From the NCBI GenBank assembly GCA_004376465.1, contig SOJU01000281.1, positions 1-47,856 of the forward strand: 47,856 nucleotides of DNA, in the 5' to 3' direction. Below are positions 44,780 through 47,856 of the stretch, one piece after another. The DNA comes from Anaerolineales bacterium (GTDB lineage Bacteria > Chloroflexota > Anaerolineae > Anaerolineales > E44-bin32). The notes beneath the pieces are model-generated. The model ran no database searches and was not told the origin of the DNA. It saw only the letters and a list, made by a program, of their open reading frames with translations. The translations under genes and the position numbers were made by a program. The stretch's first letter is position 1. The number at the start of each line of letters is the position of its first letter.

Positions 44780-45661
44780 ATGATGCGCTATTTGAAACTA
44801 TACTTTCGCATGGCTCGCCCCAATCAAATTCTGCTTATTGCCCTGGTTTTCTCATAGGGGATTCTGATGGCTCTGGCACGTGGAGCATCATGGTCTTCTC
44901 TTTCTACCCTACTTGGATTAGGGGCTGCGATCCTGGTCTGTGTCTCCATTCACTTCGGGAACGAGTATGCAGATTACGAGACGGATAAGTTGACCAAGAG
45001 GACGCCTTACTCGGGTGGGAGTGGCGCTCTCCAGGATTCGGGTCTCGATAAGAATCTCGCTCTCAGCGGCGCGATCTTAGCGATGATCCTTGGTTTCACG
45101 ATCGCGTTCTTTGCTTTCTTAATGGGGCACCTTACCTTGCAGGTGCTGACTATCCTGGGATTGGCAGCCTTCTTTGGTTGGGGCTATTCGCTCAAACCCT
45201 TGAAGCTCGCGTGGCGAGGGTGGGGGGAGATCGATAACGCGTTGCTCGGTGCATGGTTATTGCCGATTTACGGTTATTCCGTGATCCATCATCGGGTAGA
45301 CACCTTAATCATGGCTGCAGCTGCTCCATTTGCTATGCTTGCCTTTCTAAATCTCTTGGCAACTCACTGGGCGGACCAGGAGGCGGATCGCGCGGTTGGA
45401 AAATATACGCTGGTGACAAAAATCTCCATTCCCCAATTGCGAATCTTGTACCTCTTGACGATGCTGGGTGCATATACGTGGGTTCATTGGCACTCCCAAT
45501 ATTCGCCGTTGGTCAAACTAAGCAGCTTTATCGTCGTTCCCGTGAGCCTCTGGGGGTTTGTCAGCTTTACCAAACAGCACAATCCGGCTCCTTCCGTGTT
45601 TGCGATGGTTGCATTCCTTCTCGTCCAGATTTTTTCCTGGGGTTATATCTACGTTTCGTAA
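44780..45661 (+). pseudogene. UbiA/MenA-family prenyltransferase interrupted by in-frame TAG at 44855-44857
   Basis: MMRYLKLYFRMARPNQILLIALVFS*GILMALARG in one frame; NEYADYETD, YSGGSG, D.EADRAVGK.TL motifs. Confidence 0.75.
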
Positions 45662-45763
45662 GCAAAGCCGTTTTCCAAGCGCGAGACCTCATATGATTAG
45701 TAAAATCTGGCCTCCGAATGAGAGACCAGCTTTACGTTGTGAGGAGTTGGAATTAGATCTTCG

Positions 45764-46210
45764 TTATTGGATCGGCAGACCCTGCGCTACCCAATCTTGG
45801 ATTCCACCGAGATCGTACACTGGTTGATAGCTGTTCTCAGCCAGGATCTGAGCTGCGGTGGCGCTGCGATTGCCGCTGCGGCAGTAGACCACGACAGGAG
45901 TACCCCCTGGCACTTCATCCAGTCGGGCTTGTAAAGTTTCAACCGAGATATTGACCGCGTATTGGATGTGACCAGAGGCAAATTCCTCTGGTGTACGAAC
46001 ATCGATGAGCAGGTGAGGAGAGCCATCACCGAACTCATTTTGATATTCGAGCGGTGTGATCCGTTGGGAGGCAAGTACAGGTGCGGTTGTTGATGCGGAA
46101 TTGGCGGTGGAGATCCAGGCGGCACCGCCAGCGATGAGGGCAAATACCGTGAGGGCAACGATGATAATCGTGCGATTCGAAGATTGAGATGCTCGGGATT
46201 TCTTAGTCAT
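45764..46210 (-). CDS. Membrane-anchored rhodanese-domain protein
   Basis: N-terminal TM, LIDVRTPEEFASGHI, catalytic loop CRSGNRS, LGGI..W. Confidence 0.93.
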   Translation of the reverse strand: MTKKSRASQSSNRTIIIVALTVFALIAGGAAWISTANSASTTAPVLASQRITPLEYQNEFGDGSPHLLIDVRTPEEFASGHIQYAVNISVETLQARLDEVPGGTPVVVYCRSGNRSATAAQILAENSYQPVYDLGGIQDWVAQGLPIQ

Positions 46211-46558
46211 AACAGAACTATCTTCCTTTTCTTGGTGATAAATTTGATCAAGGATTGTATCTTAAAGGCGATCAATGTGGCTGGCTTAATAGGAGCAGGG
46301 TGTTTCTAACGATGATTAGGGGTTAGTAAGCGAAGATCAGAACCTGTTGCCAGATCAACCTTGCCAGGCTCAGCACCTGGTTTGGATGGTAAACGGGCCC
46401 TACGAGAATTCTGACGCTACATTCTAGGAGAAATGTTTTTTCAGATGCTCGTTTAATTGAAAAGACTCCGTGTTGGCAGAACCGGTGAATAACATTTAGC
46501 ACATTGTTCGTTCTTGATTTGACAAAAATGAAGGGTAAGCACCAAAGAGGGTGGTTTG

Positions 46559-47353
46559 TTAAATATACAGGTCTCTCTTTGAGTACGTCACATACGCGCC
46601 AATCATGCTCACAGCAATGATCCCGACAGACAACCACACAAAGGTCATATCAATCTTTGATTCGTGCAGCAGCGTAACAGGATCGAAATATTTGAACGGT
46701 GAAAAGTATTTCAAAAACTCCAAATCCTTGCTCATACCAGAAATAATGGAGAGGAAATAGGTACCAAGTAATAGGAATACCGCCGTAGAACTGGCCCGTT
46801 TGTGCTGTTTCATCGCACACCCCAGGAAAATGCCAACAGCCAGGAAGACAATCTGGACGATCAATAGAGCCAGCATACCCAAAGTTAGAAAGTTATAAAA
46901 AACACCGTCAGGCTTATAGTTCCTCACACTGTACAGCGTGATGCCCCAGGTGATACCCAGTAAGGCAATGGAATAAACAAGCGCCGCCAGAGTTTTTGCG
47001 GTGATGATAGTGCTCCGTCGAACTGGTAAGGTAAGAGAAAACTCGACGGTTTTGTCCCGCTCTTCCTTCGAAATAATATCGCTTCCCCACATCACAGCAG
47101 AAATGGATAAAAGGAGACCAAAGAACGTGATCATCACGCCAAAGAAGCCCGATATCGTGGTTAGATTGAAGGCATTCATATTAAATGCCGCCAGCATAGC
47201 AGGCGGCATGCTATTCATAACCTCAATTAGCTCGGGATTATCATAATAGGCAGTGAACTTTGCGAATCCCACGACGTTGAACAAGATGACGATCCCAGCC
47301 CATATGAGCAGAGATTTAAAATTCGCTTTTAGTTCTCGGAAAAAGATATTCAC
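46559..47353 (-). CDS. ABC-2 type transporter permease
   Basis: NIFFRELK, ISKEERDKTVEFSLTLPVRR, KYFSPFKYF, YSKRDL; multi-TM. Confidence 0.9.
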   Translation of the reverse strand: MNIFFRELKANFKSLLIWAGIVILFNVVGFAKFTAYYDNPELIEVMNSMPPAMLAAFNMNAFNLTTISGFFGVMITFFGLLLSISAVMWGSDIISKEERDKTVEFSLTLPVRRSTIITAKTLAALVYSIALLGITWGITLYSVRNYKPDGVFYNFLTLGMLALLIVQIVFLAVGIFLGCAMKQHKRASSTAVFLLLGTYFLSIISGMSKDLEFLKYFSPFKYFDPVTLLHESKIDMTFVWLSVGIIAVSMIGAYVTYSKRDLYI

Positions 47354-47362
47354 ATCTCCTCC

Positions 47363-47856
47363 TTACACCGCAGAGCGGATATTTCTTCTTGAATACAACA
47401 CATAGCTGCCAACGACAGAAATAATAATAGCAGCTACGCTTATCCACGCCAGGGGCAAATCATAGGCTGCGTGCTTAAGGATGTAGTTGGGTTCGAAATG
47501 TTTGAAGGGCGACAGGATTTCCAGCTTGTCCTCCCCGATCATTCCGCCAAAAGCATTCAGTACATACAATCCAAACACCAACGCCATCGAATATGGCGTT
47601 ACACTTCGCACCCTTTTCACCAGCAATGAGATCAGCATCCCAACCGTGAGGAAGAACAATTGAAAAACCGCGATGCTGAGCAGCAGAACTAGCACGGGTT
47701 TTGTCTCAAATTGCCCTCCATCGCTATACATGCGCAAGAACACAAAACTGCTGATCCAAACAATAAGATTCGTGATGGTCAGACCTGTCATGGCCGCGAG
47801 CAATTTGCTGGTCATGATCCTTGTGCGCCCTACTGGTTTGGCCAGCAGGAAGTCAG
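47363..47856 (-). CDS. ABC-2 type transporter permease, 5'-truncated by the window edge
   Basis: Frame open to the window end (DFLLAKPVGRTRIMTSK), LSPFKHF, YSRRNI; paralog of the downstream gene. Confidence 0.88.
   Translation of the reverse strand, partial: DFLLAKPVGRTRIMTSKLLAAMTGLTITNLIVWISSFVFLRMYSDGGQFETKPVLVLLLSIAVFQLFFLTVGMLISLLVKRVRSVTPYSMALVFGLYVLNAFGGMIGEDKLEILSPFKHFEPNYILKHAAYDLPLAWISVAAIIISVVGSYVLYSRRNIRSAV

Noticed and set aside
46323-46637. 104-aa minus-strand ORF
   Set aside because: Overlaps the permease 3' end out of frame, no SD, no recognisable motifs

Overview
Bacterial chromosomal segment; protein style suggests Chloroflexota, probably Anaerolineae (inference). 1-19 kb: a probable IS200/IS605-type element end, an FmdB-family zinc-ribbon gene, RNase P RNA (rnpB), then a division/cell-wall (dcw) operon: mraZ-rsmH-ftsL-like-ftsI-murF-mraY-orfX-murD-ftsW-murG-cvpA-like-murC-orfY-murB-ddl-ftsQ-ftsA-ftsZ. 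It lacks murE and carries three non-canonical genes, one a 58-aa ORF missing from the ORF track. 19-23 kb: nrdR-nrdJ (class II ribonucleotide reductase) with two NrdR boxes, then yjbQ. 23-28.2 kb is an accessory patch: an array of TGTCAT-ended palindromic elements with an exact 204-bp duplication, a TetR operon with a perfect 24-bp operator, and a decayed MacAB-like ABC exporter. 28-41 kb: deoxynucleoside kinase, a secreted four-repeat protein, endonuclease IV, an orphan GAF kinase, and a minus-strand TPR-lipoprotein-mtaB-yqeY-7TM/HD-ybeY-dgkA block. 41.5-47.9 kb: acyl-CoA dehydrogenase-etfBA, a UbiA/MenA prenyltransferase with an in-frame TAG, a rhodanese protein and two ABC-2 permeases. No CRISPR array, tRNA or rRNA seen. 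The window is mostly housekeeping; the best novelty candidates are the extra dcw genes, the repeat array, the IS/omegaRNA-like end and the amber-interrupted gene.
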